A stretch of 64,000 nt of DNA, taken from IMG/VR virus record IMGVR_UViG_3300020477_000013, positions 128,001 to 192,000 of that record. The stretch is one strand, 5' to 3'. The translations under genes were made by a program, and so were the position numbers. Below the pieces are notes generated by a model. The model was not told the origin of the DNA and did no database searches. It saw only the letters and a list, made by a program, of their open reading frames with translations. Shown here in pieces: positions 19,990 through 29,413 of this stretch. This stretch comes from a virus (Duplodnaviria > Caudoviricetes). Within the stretch, counting starts at the first letter, position 1. Each line of letters begins with the position of its first letter.

Positions 19990-21147
19990 ATGAGTAATGA
20001 TAAAATATCTGCATTTTACATAATGACAGAACCTGAGAAGATGGGTTACCCATATATTGAATCGATCACCTCTGTGCTGTCTTTTGCCGACGAGGTGGTT
20101 CTGGTGATGGGTAGAGATGAACCGGCTAGCGAGAAAAAGATTGACCAGTTGGCACGTTCTATTCCTCGGCAAAAGTCAGTTAAAATAGTGAAGACCCATG
20201 CTTGGCCAGAATTCGGATGGAACTATAATATAATGAGAGATCATATTCAACGCGGTTTGGACGAGTGTACACATGACTTATGTTTAAAGGTGGATTGTGA
20301 CTATGTCTTTAGAGATCAGCATTGTGATGAGATCCGTTCAGCAATTCAAATTCATGCACAGGATAATCATTTAGTAACCTTTGGCAGGGTCAATTTTTCA
20401 TGTTTAGGAAAAGCAGATTATCAACCAGCGATAGATCACACGCCTTGTTACGTTATTAATAAACGTGCATTGAGAGATGATGGCATAGAGTGTGCTATAT
20501 CCAATGAGTCGGGATCGAACCAACCTATTTTCATGAAAGACGAAAGGGTCCTAGATGTGTCTTCCGGTAAGGACCTCAAGGTGCTACCCCTAAGTCCTAT
20601 GTTACCAGATAGCCTAGAATCCTGGGTTTATCATTACCTTGTGATATGTCCAGTAAATTATTCATACACTTTCATGACTGCATCAAGAATTGCTAAGACG
20701 TGGTCTGAGTGGCATAGGGCTATACATCTCAGGTTTGGTAATCTCCGCATGCCGAATTTCGATTTAGATGATATGCATCAATCAATCAAGAATTTTGCGG
20801 CTTATCATTTCCAAGCAAAGATTCCATCCCTGGGGCATTGTAGAGACTGGGATGAAATAAGGGGTATTATTTTAGGCTCCAGCGGTGATACTTTAGCGGA
20901 TATGGTCAACAGGGGTATTTTACATTGTAATGACAGAGGTGAACCCCAGGTGTCAGGGGCCATGACAATGCAACTTGTAGACCACCCTGCATGTATGAGA
21001 CATGTATTACAGGGCATTTCATCCGACAAGTGGGGATTTAATAACTTTAACCTGCCTGAACCTCCCTCGAGGGGATTAACGCATGAAGGTGCGGCTGCCA
21101 TATATGAGAAGTGGTTAGGGGATATTGGTAGTTACTTGAATGAATAA
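19990..21147 (+). CDS. Glycosyltransferase family 2-like protein
   Basis: YPYIESITSVLSFADEVVLV, CTHDLCLKVDCDYVF (DxD). Confidence 0.65.
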   Translation: MSNDKISAFYIMTEPEKMGYPYIESITSVLSFADEVVLVMGRDEPASEKKIDQLARSIPRQKSVKIVKTHAWPEFGWNYNIMRDHIQRGLDECTHDLCLKVDCDYVFRDQHCDEIRSAIQIHAQDNHLVTFGRVNFSCLGKADYQPAIDHTPCYVINKRALRDDGIECAISNESGSNQPIFMKDERVLDVSSGKDLKVLPLSPMLPDSLESWVYHYLVICPVNYSYTFMTASRIAKTWSEWHRAIHLRFGNLRMPNFDLDDMHQSIKNFAAYHFQAKIPSLGHCRDWDEIRGIILGSSGDTLADMVNRGILHCNDRGEPQVSGAMTMQLVDHPACMRHVLQGISSDKWGFNNFNLPEPPSRGLTHEGAAAIYEKWLGDIGSYLNE

Positions 21148-21269
21148 ATAAACCCCCCCGCAACAACCGGGATTTTAATTCATTTTTAAGTGTCCCTTAT
21201 CGGTTGCATGTGATATTTATTTGCAGAATTGAATTATGGTATTCATATGATATCATCTAGGGGTTTAAA

Positions 21270-21377
21270 ATGAGTGAATTTTTATGGGGCTTTGTTGCGG
21301 GTGCGGTTGCTTCTCCTTTTGCATGGGAAGGCCTTAAGTGGTGCTTCCGAAAGGTGAAGGAAGCCACTAGTAAATAA
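21270..21377 (+). CDS. Small membrane peptide (35 aa)
   Basis: MSEFLWGFVAGAVASPFAWEGLKW...; fills an intergenic gap. Confidence 0.45.
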   Translation: MSEFLWGFVAGAVASPFAWEGLKWCFRKVKEATSK

Positions 21378-21443
21378 GTGGTATTATATTAAAATTTGCG
21401 TTAGCGTGGGATAATTGGTCTGGGCCCACGAGGGGAAAATAAA

Positions 21444-21704
21444 ATGAGACTATCAAAAAATCAATTAAGACAAATCATTCGAGAATCGCATAGTGAGTCG
21501 ATGTCGGGTGTGAATAGTCAGGTTAGAGAGTCACTCAGCTCTCACGAAGAAAAAGCTCAGGCGGACTCCTTCGCCATGTTTCCCGGTAACACTATCATGG
21601 ACTTGGAATCACTTCACGACTTGTGGTATGGTCGCTTTACAAGTGATGAAAACTTGATACTTGACCAGGCAATTGCACTTTTGAACAGGGAGCTCAGGGG
21701 GTAA
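21444..21704 (+). CDS. Leader-family protein
   Basis: MRLSKNQLRQIIRESHSE. Confidence 0.8.
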   Translation: MRLSKNQLRQIIRESHSESMSGVNSQVRESLSSHEEKAQADSFAMFPGNTIMDLESLHDLWYGRFTSDENLILDQAIALLNRELRG

Positions 21705-21706
21705 TA

Positions 21707-21988
21707 ATGCAAATATCACGTAAGAAGTTAAGAAGAATCATTAGGGAATCGTTGCTTCAAGAGTACGGTCCTGAATCTCGTGGGGAGCCCGGGCACAGAG
21801 GTGCAGATGGAAACTGGGTCGATCCTGGCATGGATGGTTACAATCCATACAAGGACAAGTCTCTGGCACCTGGTAACGGTTGGCCCCCTGAAGAGAGATC
21901 GGCAGCTATTAGAGCGTATACAGGCAGAGATGGTTACATTGCCAACTCTCAAGTGGACAAAAGCTGGGTGCATCCAGCATTTCGATAA
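21707..21988 (+). CDS. Leader-family protein
   Basis: MQISRKKLRRIIRESLLQE. Confidence 0.8.
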   Translation: MQISRKKLRRIIRESLLQEYGPESRGEPGHRGADGNWVDPGMDGYNPYKDKSLAPGNGWPPEERSAAIRAYTGRDGYIANSQVDKSWVHPAFR

Positions 21989-21999
21989 GAGATAAACTA

Positions 22000-22362
22000 G
22001 TGAAAATCACAAAACGACAACTCAGACGAATTATTCGGGAATCAATCACGGGCACGACAATTTATGTCGAGAAGAGTCCATACGGTGGGACTATGATTGA
22101 AGATGAGAATGGCGAATATCTTTCTGTGGGAGAGATGGTAAAATCCTTATTAGACTCAGGTGAATCAGACTTCTTTCACGATGCTTTAGGGCTACAGGAA
22201 CTCATGGCAGCCCATAGCCGTGGTGTTCAGGGTGGTATGCAGAAGTGGGACTCTGATGTGTTCGAACAATACTACAGCCTAGACATGGATAAAATGATTG
22301 ACACATATGCCGGTGCTAATGGATTACAAGTCAAATACATCCCCATGGGAGAGGATTACTAA
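22000..22362 (+). CDS. Leader-family protein
   Basis: GTG start; MKITKRQLRRIIRES. Confidence 0.85.
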   Translation: MKITKRQLRRIIRESITGTTIYVEKSPYGGTMIEDENGEYLSVGEMVKSLLDSGESDFFHDALGLQELMAAHSRGVQGGMQKWDSDVFEQYYSLDMDKMIDTYAGANGLQVKYIPMGEDY

Positions 22363-22363
22363 A

Positions 22364-22633
22364 ATGAAGATCACAAAAAGACAACTTAGAAGAATCATCA
22401 AGGAAGAGAAAGCGAGGCTTCTTATAGAAATGAATCCCGCTGTTGAGGAGGGAATCTCACGTGGCGTGCAGAATGGCATTTGGGGCTGGCTCGAGCGCGA
22501 GTTTGCCCAAGACATGACCGGTGAAGATGTGTGGAATAATCCTACATACACCGAGAGTATTGCACACGCATTGGAAACAATTGCCAAGGAAGTACGGACC
22601 GCAGGGACGCAAGAAGGTACGTACGGGGGGTAA
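22364..22633 (+). CDS. Leader-family protein
   Basis: Start at TAAA-ATG 22364; MKITKRQLRRIIKEEKARLLIE. Confidence 0.85.
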   Translation: MKITKRQLRRIIKEEKARLLIEMNPAVEEGISRGVQNGIWGWLEREFAQDMTGEDVWNNPTYTESIAHALETIAKEVRTAGTQEGTYGG

Positions 22634-22634
22634 A

Positions 22635-22922
22635 ATGAAGATCACAAAAAGACAGCTCAGACGAATTATCAAAGAACAACTTCAACTTCTTAGTGAGGAG
22701 GGCTATGATAGTTATCGTGATAGTAGGCGAGAGGCTGGCTATGGTGGAACAACTTGGAAGAGTAAGCAAGACTATAGGCGTCGAAGAGCCCAACAGATAA
22801 AGTATGCAGAGGAAGTCACAGCCCAGGGAAGAGAAGATGCCCTTGCCGGCCGGCCTAAAGACGCTAGCATAGGGCACCTTGCGTACCATGAGGCATACGA
22901 CGAAGCGCTCAAGGAAGCATGA
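22635..22922 (+). CDS. Leader-family protein
   Basis: Start 22635; MKITKRQLRRIIKEQLQLLSE. Confidence 0.85.
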   Translation: MKITKRQLRRIIKEQLQLLSEEGYDSYRDSRREAGYGGTTWKSKQDYRRRRAQQIKYAEEVTAQGREDALAGRPKDASIGHLAYHEAYDEALKEA

Positions 22923-22923
22923 T

Positions 22924-23259
22924 ATGAAGATCACAAAGAGACAACTCAGAAGAATCATCAAGGAAGAGCTTCAATCCATGACAGTTGACAAGCGAGATCA
23001 GCTTATGGATGCGCTGGAAGATAAATACGGACTCCAGGTAAGAACTACCGAAGAGTTTGGTTCTGGTCCTGGGGGCGTATGGATTGCTGCTGAGTCAGCT
23101 TCCGCACAAACGCCGGACGGCTTACCACTGTTTGACTACTACTTGGACATGGATCCATATGAATTTGGTGTACACCCGGAATTTTCAAGGTTTATTGCAC
23201 CTTATGGTTTTTATGCAGAGTGGAATGATCCAGGAACATTAATGTTGTGGAGGGTGTAA
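22924..23259 (+). CDS. Leader-family protein
   Basis: Start 22924; MKITKRQLRRIIKEEL. Confidence 0.85.
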   Translation: MKITKRQLRRIIKEELQSMTVDKRDQLMDALEDKYGLQVRTTEEFGSGPGGVWIAAESASAQTPDGLPLFDYYLDMDPYEFGVHPEFSRFIAPYGFYAEWNDPGTLMLWRV

Positions 23260-23260
23260 C

Positions 23261-23608
23261 ATGAGAATCACAAAGAGGCAGCTAAGAAGAATTATTAAGG
23301 AAGAAAAGGCGAAGCTGATAAGAGAGTCATTTTCGCCTGATTCTATCGCTGAGTTTGATAGGGAAATTAATTCCAATCTGGAACAGGGGAAGTTGTACCT
23401 TGACATGGGTGATACTTCGATGGCTCAGATGTACGATGATGATGCATATTCTTTAGAGGCCATTAGAGATATGGCCATTCAAGACAGGGCAGCTGGTGAG
23501 CCTATGGGATCAAATTCACTTCGTAATTTGGTTAGCCGTTTAGACACAGCCGCACGTGAAAAGATACCAGACGACTTCTATTACTGGATAATCGGCGAGG
23601 ATTATTAA
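23261..23608 (+). CDS. Leader-family protein
   Basis: MRITKRQLRRIIKEEKAKLIRE. Confidence 0.85.
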   Translation: MRITKRQLRRIIKEEKAKLIRESFSPDSIAEFDREINSNLEQGKLYLDMGDTSMAQMYDDDAYSLEAIRDMAIQDRAAGEPMGSNSLRNLVSRLDTAAREKIPDDFYYWIIGEDY

Positions 23609-23609
23609 A

Positions 23610-24068
23610 ATGAGAATCACAAAGAGGCAGCTAAGAAGAATCATTAGGGAAGCTTATTATGAAGATGCCGAAGACCGAGGATATTTTGACCATGTTGGTG
23701 GTCTCAACGCTCCTAAGCATCCTGATAATGAAGAGTATATGGCTGGGTGGGATCAATCCATCATAGATGATAAGGTCTCCGCGGACCACAAGGCAGAGAA
23801 GGAGATGGAAAGAAGGCTCCAGCCAGCACGCGATAGAACAATGGCAACACTCGATAGATCACGTCAGGAACTGGAGAGTGCCCATGGAATCACTGACGAC
23901 TTGGCCTACGAAGTTGAGATGGGAAGTCTCTTTCTGGCTAAGGAAGATGAGCTCCGTAAGCTGGCCAATGCAAGTGGTGCCCAAGGCCTAGCCGCTAAAA
24001 AGTTATTGGACATGACCCCCCAGCAACGTGCTGCATATAAAAGTTTAATGATTAGGACAACGATGTAG
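23610..24068 (+). CDS. Leader-family protein
   Basis: MRITKRQLRRIIREAYYE. Confidence 0.85.
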   Translation: MRITKRQLRRIIREAYYEDAEDRGYFDHVGGLNAPKHPDNEEYMAGWDQSIIDDKVSADHKAEKEMERRLQPARDRTMATLDRSRQELESAHGITDDLAYEVEMGSLFLAKEDELRKLANASGAQGLAAKKLLDMTPQQRAAYKSLMIRTTM

Positions 24069-24087
24069 GTCGTAAATAAGATATTAC

Positions 24088-24348
24088 ATGAAAATCACTA
24101 AGAGACAACTAAGAAGAATCATCAAGGAAGAGAAGGCTAAGCTTCTTAATGAGTATACGCCTGCCGATACCAGCGGGTCAGCTCCTTATTCTAGCCCTGC
24201 AAACATTGAAGAAGAAATAGCAGAACTCGAAAATGCTCTTAACTCTCTATACGTCGCAGGCAGAGCACTTCCTTTTCCGATGGATAGAAGAATCATGGAT
24301 GCTACCGAGATGATCGAGAGGGCGCTCAATATATTACAAGGAAAGTAA
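24088..24348 (+). CDS. Leader-family protein
   Basis: MKITKRQLRRIIKEEKAKLLNE. Confidence 0.85.
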   Translation: MKITKRQLRRIIKEEKAKLLNEYTPADTSGSAPYSSPANIEEEIAELENALNSLYVAGRALPFPMDRRIMDATEMIERALNILQGK

Positions 24349-24349
24349 A

Positions 24350-24622
24350 ATGAAGATCACAAAGAGACAACTAAGAAGAATCATCAAAGAAGAGAAGGCC
24401 AGGCTCATGAATGAACAACCTACTCGCCGGCCTGACTATAAGTTTAATCAGGGCGTACAGGGTGAATATGCTCCCGGTGAATCAGTACTTGAGGATTTGA
24501 TGGTCGCGGTTGACGAAGCTATTGCCAACGCCACGGGTCAGATCGATCTAGATTTTCAAGATGGTCCGCTATCGTCTAGACAAGTTGTCAATTTTGTTAT
24601 TCGATCGTTACAGGAAAGATAA
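24350..24622 (+). CDS. Leader-family protein
   Basis: MKITKRQLRRIIKEEKARLMNE. Confidence 0.85.
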   Translation: MKITKRQLRRIIKEEKARLMNEQPTRRPDYKFNQGVQGEYAPGESVLEDLMVAVDEAIANATGQIDLDFQDGPLSSRQVVNFVIRSLQER

Positions 24623-24623
24623 A

Positions 24624-25013
24624 ATGAAAATCACCAAACGACAACTTAGAAGAATCATCAAAGAAGAGAAGGCCAGGCTCATGTCCGAAGCCGACACTGG
24701 AATGCGACCAGGGCCAGATGGCATTATCGTCGTCGATCGTGGAAATATGGGGAGAGAAAAAGATCGTTGGCTGGTACTGTTTGAGGTGGAAGATATTGTA
24801 TCCCCCGAGCTATACACTTATCTCTCGCAAAGAAGCGATTGGAGAAAACTAACATCTGGCCCTAAGGCAACAGGCCCGACCGAAGAGGCAGCCCGGGCCA
24901 AGCTCAACAAGGCTATTGATAAGTTTCTGGCAATGCTATCTCAGAAAATCATTGAAGCACGAAACGAGGTCGGCATGCTGGACGAATTCAGGGCAAGCTT
25001 GGAGAAACTATAA
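24624..25013 (+). CDS. Leader-family protein
   Basis: Start 24624; MKITKRQLRRIIKEEKARLMSE. Confidence 0.85.
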   Translation: MKITKRQLRRIIKEEKARLMSEADTGMRPGPDGIIVVDRGNMGREKDRWLVLFEVEDIVSPELYTYLSQRSDWRKLTSGPKATGPTEEAARAKLNKAIDKFLAMLSQKIIEARNEVGMLDEFRASLEKL

Positions 25014-25014
25014 A

Positions 25015-25299
25015 ATGAAAATCACAAAACGACAACTTCGAAGAATCATCAAAGAAGAGAAGGCCAGGCTTCTATCTGAGGTGACCCCCGGTGAACGTGA
25101 TGATGCTAAGAGGCTTGATGCAGAGTGGGCAGCAAGGGTAAATGCAGAGCAAGGTGCCCTCCAATCTCAAGCTGATATCTCACGTGAGTTAGGCGAATTA
25201 CATAATGCTATCGATCGATTGATTGACGTGATGGGCCGTGATGAAGTAGCCGCTGAGCTTGAGGGAATCGCAGAAGAGATTAGGATGGGAATGGTATGA
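25015..25299 (+). CDS. Leader-family protein
   Basis: Start 25015; MKITKRQLRRIIKEEKARLLSE. Confidence 0.85.
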   Translation: MKITKRQLRRIIKEEKARLLSEVTPGERDDAKRLDAEWAARVNAEQGALQSQADISRELGELHNAIDRLIDVMGRDEVAAELEGIAEEIRMGMV

Positions 25300-26951
25300 A
25301 AATCACAAAAAGACAACTCAGGCGAATCATCAAAGAAGAGAAGGCCAGGCTCATGGAGTATGGTGGCCGACCTTATGACCCAACTGTTCCTGGAGACTAC
25401 GAGCGATATCGTGATAATCCGACCGGCGACGCGCCTCCGGGTGGCGAGTGGGATGCAAAACTGGAGAAGATGGCCGATGAAGTCGGTGATCGAGCCGCCG
25501 GTGGATACGAACCATCGATGGACGGTTCTCCTGAAGCGTATGCTGACCATATCCTTGATTGGTATGCTGAAGACCCACCACCTCCGCTCGACGAGATGGA
25601 GGGTTTAGCGTTTGCACTGTCAAAGCCCTATTATAGAAAGGTGATTAAGGCCGCGGTTCTCGAGTACATCGGAATGATGACAGAAGGAAGGGCTTTACAT
25701 GAGCAATACCATTCCATGTCACCAGCCGGCAAATCCTTGTCTAGATCGATTAAAGGTAAATTCATGAGGATGTACCCCGACGCCTCGGTCGGGATTGACG
25801 GTCGTGAAGGGTGGATCACAGTCAATGGTAAAAAGGCTATCAATATGTCCCAGGCTAGCGGACGCGGAATGTCAGATGAAGAAATGATAGACAAGATGCA
25901 TGCAGTATATGCCCAGTCACAAGTAGATCCCGATATCCCAACCGCCGACACGAGAATGGATACGTTTATGGAGGGAAAAATGAAAATCTCAAAACGACAA
26001 CTCAGGCGAATCATCAAAGAAGAGAAGTCGAGGGTTTTATCTGAGCGCCGAATGCAAATTGCACCACGACGAAGGCGTAGCGTTCTGTTGACAGAGCGTA
26101 GTTTACGTTACGTAGCACGCCAGGCTATCATCGATCACAACCGAGGTGTTCGAATTGATGAGAATTGGTTTAGTGACGTAGCAAAGAAGGCCAAGGCCTT
26201 TGTCGCCGATAAAGTGGAAGACGCCCAGATAATGTTTAATGACTTCAAGAAGAAGCTCCCGGGTGGTATGGCAAAGCACATATCTAAGGCGTACAAGAAA
26301 ATGATCAGAGATGTCAAAGAGATGACAGACAAGGTCGATTTTGGGCTATACGATTTGAAAGCTATCGAATGGCAGCCAGATTCCATGGAGGAGGCACTAG
26401 AGAACGGCAAGATCGTCAAGAAGTTCTTTGATGACTTTAACATCGACATGGACATCAACGATCTAATGGGTCAAGAGAATTTTGACGCTGATACCGAGTA
26501 TGATCTCAATCAAAAATTTAAGAAATCCCTAAGGGATGTTATGCAACGAACAGAGTTTTACGTGTTCACTGATACTGAGATTGAGAAAACTAAAAAGAAG
26601 ATTGTCGACGCCCTAGGGGAAAAGAAAGGAAAGGCAGTTGCTGAAGAGATGGCAGAAGAGCTAGTTGCAACAATGAAAGAGTACGAAGAAGACGTGCTTA
26701 GTCGCGATTATGCTGATGAAATATCGCTGGCAGTCCGTGGGTATGCCAAGTCCTTAGCCTATGCTGCTGAGCAAGAGTGGGCAAAGAAGATGGATGAGAA
26801 AGAGCGTCGATTAGCTGGCCTAGAGCGTATGAAGATAGCTGATGCCAACGAAAAAGCAGCTTGGAAGAAGGAGGAGCGACGAAAAGATCGCGCCGCTAAG
26901 AAGAAGTACAGCACTGAGCCGGAGGACCGGACAAGGTCTAAGTGGAGCTAA
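25296..26951 (+). CDS. Leader-family fusion protein, with a second in-frame leader at 25980
   Basis: 551 aa; N-terminal MKITKRQLRRIIKEEKARLME and internal MKISKRQLRRIIKEEKSRVLSE at aa 229. Confidence 0.85.
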   Translation: MKITKRQLRRIIKEEKARLMEYGGRPYDPTVPGDYERYRDNPTGDAPPGGEWDAKLEKMADEVGDRAAGGYEPSMDGSPEAYADHILDWYAEDPPPPLDEMEGLAFALSKPYYRKVIKAAVLEYIGMMTEGRALHEQYHSMSPAGKSLSRSIKGKFMRMYPDASVGIDGREGWITVNGKKAINMSQASGRGMSDEEMIDKMHAVYAQSQVDPDIPTADTRMDTFMEGKMKISKRQLRRIIKEEKSRVLSERRMQIAPRRRRSVLLTERSLRYVARQAIIDHNRGVRIDENWFSDVAKKAKAFVADKVEDAQIMFNDFKKKLPGGMAKHISKAYKKMIRDVKEMTDKVDFGLYDLKAIEWQPDSMEEALENGKIVKKFFDDFNIDMDINDLMGQENFDADTEYDLNQKFKKSLRDVMQRTEFYVFTDTEIEKTKKKIVDALGEKKGKAVAEEMAEELVATMKEYEEDVLSRDYADEISLAVRGYAKSLAYAAEQEWAKKMDEKERRLAGLERMKIADANEKAAWKKEERRKDRAAKKKYSTEPEDRTRSKWS

Positions 26952-26955
26952 AACA

Positions 26956-27219
26956 ATGAAAATCACCAAACGACAACTTAGAAGAATCATCAAAGAAGAG
27001 AAGGCACGAATCCTTAGGGAGATCCGAGATGAACGATCTCCCCAGGGCCGCCAATCTGCTCGTGGTCCCGCTAGCGCCTATGATCAGGGATATGAAGCAG
27101 GCACAAGGGGCGATCGATCTGAAATGCCACTCGAGCAATACGGTACACCTTTCTACGATGCATGGATGGAAGGCTGGGATGACGGACTAGCTTCATTCCA
27201 TGGTGGCGGAAGCTACTAA
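26956..27219 (+). CDS. Leader-family protein with RMF-like cargo
   Basis: Start 26956; AYDQGYEAGTRGDRSEMP...DAWMEGWDDG. Confidence 0.8.
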   Translation: MKITKRQLRRIIKEEKARILREIRDERSPQGRQSARGPASAYDQGYEAGTRGDRSEMPLEQYGTPFYDAWMEGWDDGLASFHGGGSY

Positions 27220-27266
27220 ACGAAACAGGCAATTTTAGCCAACAATATTATAAAGGAGAAATTACA

Positions 27267-27365
27267 ATGAGAAAAGTATTACATAGATTAGTAAATTTAT
27301 TCAATAACTCACACTGCTGCTGCTGCTGTGGTTGCTGTCCTCACCCTGAGAAGTCTTGCTGTTAG
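27267..27365 (+). CDS. Cys-rich micropeptide, 32 aa with 9 Cys (metallothionein-like)
   Basis: AAGGAGA RBS; MRKVLHRLVNLFNNSHCCCCCGCCPHPEKSCC*. Confidence 0.7.
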   Translation: MRKVLHRLVNLFNNSHCCCCCGCCPHPEKSCC

Positions 27366-27376
27366 GGGTACATGAT

Positions 27377-27631
27377 ATGAGAGTCACTAAGCGGCAACTA
27401 AGGCAAATCATTAGAGAAGCTCTTGAAACCGAAATGGAAGAGGGGGATGTACTTGGTGAGGAAGACCTTGAGGAGTACTGGACACCCGGCATAGATACTT
27501 CAGGCCGGGTAGATACCAGCAGGGCAGACAAAAAGCCTACAGGCCAGGAAATGGGTTGCAAAGATCGAAGGACCGGGAAGACTGTTGAGCCGTATTGGCA
27601 ACAGAGAATGGGAAAATGGGTGTGCCCATAA
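27377..27631 (+). CDS. Leader-family protein
   Basis: Start 27377; MRVTKRQLRQIIREALE. Confidence 0.8.
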   Translation: MRVTKRQLRQIIREALETEMEEGDVLGEEDLEEYWTPGIDTSGRVDTSRADKKPTGQEMGCKDRRTGKTVEPYWQQRMGKWVCP

Positions 27632-27894
27632 TGAAAATTACAAAAAGACAATTAAGAAGAATCATCAAAGAAGAGAAAGCCAAGCTCGTCTCCGAGATAT
27701 CGGCTGAACGGGGTGCTAGCCTGCCTCGTACCCATATGGGCGAGACAATCACACCAGAGAGCGTCGTTGCCGACCTGTTTAATTTAGCAGCTAAGGTAGA
27801 AGCTTTAGGTGAAGATTTCTTTTCTGACAGCGACAGCTTAGCTGATTGGGCGAATAATTTTATGTCCAGACATAACGTTATGCAGGAGAGATAA
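27631..27894 (+). CDS. Leader-family protein
   Basis: TAATG overlap; MKITKRQLRRIIKEEKAKLVSE. Confidence 0.85.
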   Translation: MKITKRQLRRIIKEEKAKLVSEISAERGASLPRTHMGETITPESVVADLFNLAAKVEALGEDFFSDSDSLADWANNFMSRHNVMQER

Positions 27895-27901
27895 CATTAA
27901 A

Positions 27902-28150
27902 ATGAAAATCACGAAGCGACAACTCAGAAGAATCATCAAGGAAGAGAGGGCCAGGTTACTTAATGAAGGGCCTAACCTAGCGCTTCGTAATGCGATCATG
28001 GATACTTACGAGGGCGTGTATGGAGATCTAATCTCACAAGGTGCCGATCCATCGGTTGCACAAGATCGAGCTAGTGATGCAGTTATGTCAGAGGTTGAAG
28101 CCTGGTTGGATGCCGTAGGAATTCCACGCACATATGTGGGATTATCATAA
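27902..28150 (+). CDS. Leader-family protein
   Basis: MKITKRQLRRIIKEERARLLNE. Confidence 0.85.
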   Translation: MKITKRQLRRIIKEERARLLNEGPNLALRNAIMDTYEGVYGDLISQGADPSVAQDRASDAVMSEVEAWLDAVGIPRTYVGLS

Positions 28151-28401
28151 TGAAAATCGCCAAACGTCAGCTAAGAAGAATCATCAAAGAAGAGAAAGCA
28201 CGATTGTTGACAGAGGATAGCATTAATGCTGCAGAAGATCGACTTTTCGCCGCTATAGATGACTTTGTACAAGTGGTAGATGAGGAACTAGGGTACGATG
28301 TTCCACTTCACGTGTTACGGCGGCAGGTTGATGATGTAGTTGGCTCAGCTTTTGCACAGTTTGAAGCGGACCAAAAAGCAGAGGATGACTTAAGATCATG
28401 A
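28150..28401 (+). CDS. Leader-family protein
   Basis: MKIAKRQLRRIIKEEKARLLTE. Confidence 0.85.
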   Translation: MKIAKRQLRRIIKEEKARLLTEDSINAAEDRLFAAIDDFVQVVDEELGYDVPLHVLRRQVDDVVGSAFAQFEADQKAEDDLRS

Positions 28402-28760
28402 GAATCACAAAACGACAACTCAGACGAATCATTAAAGAAGCCATGGAAGATGAGCCCATCCGCATGATACCAGGTGATTCATTCCCTGCAGATGCGCTTA
28501 AATCAAGGCGCTCCAGGAAACCCCAACCCTCCGGCGAATTCAGAGACACAATCGTTATGAGTCCAACCGGCGATACTCTCCTAGTCGGTGGGCAGGAAGT
28601 GGCTCTTCAAAATGCTGTAAAAGAACTCGAGATACAGTCAGGTCAGCCAGTGTCGGCCATACAAGCAGGTGATATCAACGCGAAGCTATTAAGACAGTAT
28701 GGTCAAGGATACGTTGAGCTTCCAATATCTTGGTCGCCCAATACAGGATGGAAATTCTAA
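28398..28760 (+). CDS. Leader-family protein
   Basis: MRITKRQLRRIIKEAME. Confidence 0.85.
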   Translation: MRITKRQLRRIIKEAMEDEPIRMIPGDSFPADALKSRRSRKPQPSGEFRDTIVMSPTGDTLLVGGQEVALQNAVKELEIQSGQPVSAIQAGDINAKLLRQYGQGYVELPISWSPNTGWKF

Positions 28761-29017
28761 TGAAAATCACGAAAAGACAGTTAAAGCAGATCATCAAAGA
28801 AGAGAAGGCAAAGCTCAATGAAGGTGGATGGAGTAAGGGTCCAGAGCGCCTTAGGGAGATTAGGGAAGGAATGCTAGAGGCCTTATTCCAGTCCATCGAT
28901 GCTCAAGCCTCTTATGATCCAGAAGCCCTGGGAATTATTAAGTCTGAAATAATGATGCGAGGCCTAGATTTTAGAAAAGAGGCACTGGCTTACTTACGAG
29001 AACTAGAGGGTTATTAA
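28760..29017 (+). CDS. Leader-family protein
   Basis: Start 28760; MKITKRQLKQIIKEEKAKLNE. Confidence 0.85.
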   Translation: MKITKRQLKQIIKEEKAKLNEGGWSKGPERLREIREGMLEALFQSIDAQASYDPEALGIIKSEIMMRGLDFRKEALAYLRELEGY

Positions 29018-29018
29018 A

Positions 29019-29333
29019 ATGAAAATTACAAAGAGACAGCTTAGAAGAATCATCAAGGAAGAGAAAGCCCGGCTTGTAAATGAGATCCAGGCTGAGAAAG
29101 ACGTCAGGCAGCTGACCCTTAATCAAGGTGAGGTTGATAAGGTTGAGGCCATGCGATCAGCACTGGATAGAATGTTCTTTGAGTATCGAAAAATAAATTC
29201 AATACCCCCACAATGGCTTGATGACTCCAACGGGTTCGGTACATCCAGGTATGATAAACTAGAAGAACTGTTGATGGATGCAGGCGAAGAAATGTCAGAC
29301 TTGGTACATGATATGAAGAAAGTGGGAATATAA
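29019..29333 (+). CDS. Leader-family protein
   Basis: MKITKRQLRRIIKEEKARLVNE. Confidence 0.85.
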   Translation: MKITKRQLRRIIKEEKARLVNEIQAEKDVRQLTLNQGEVDKVEAMRSALDRMFFEYRKINSIPPQWLDDSNGFGTSRYDKLEELLMDAGEEMSDLVHDMKKVGI

Positions 29334-29413
29334 GACTCAGAGTGAGGTTCAAAGGTTGAACCTCGTATCATTAACAAAAAATTATCTATATTAAAAAATG
29401 GGAGGCACCTAAA

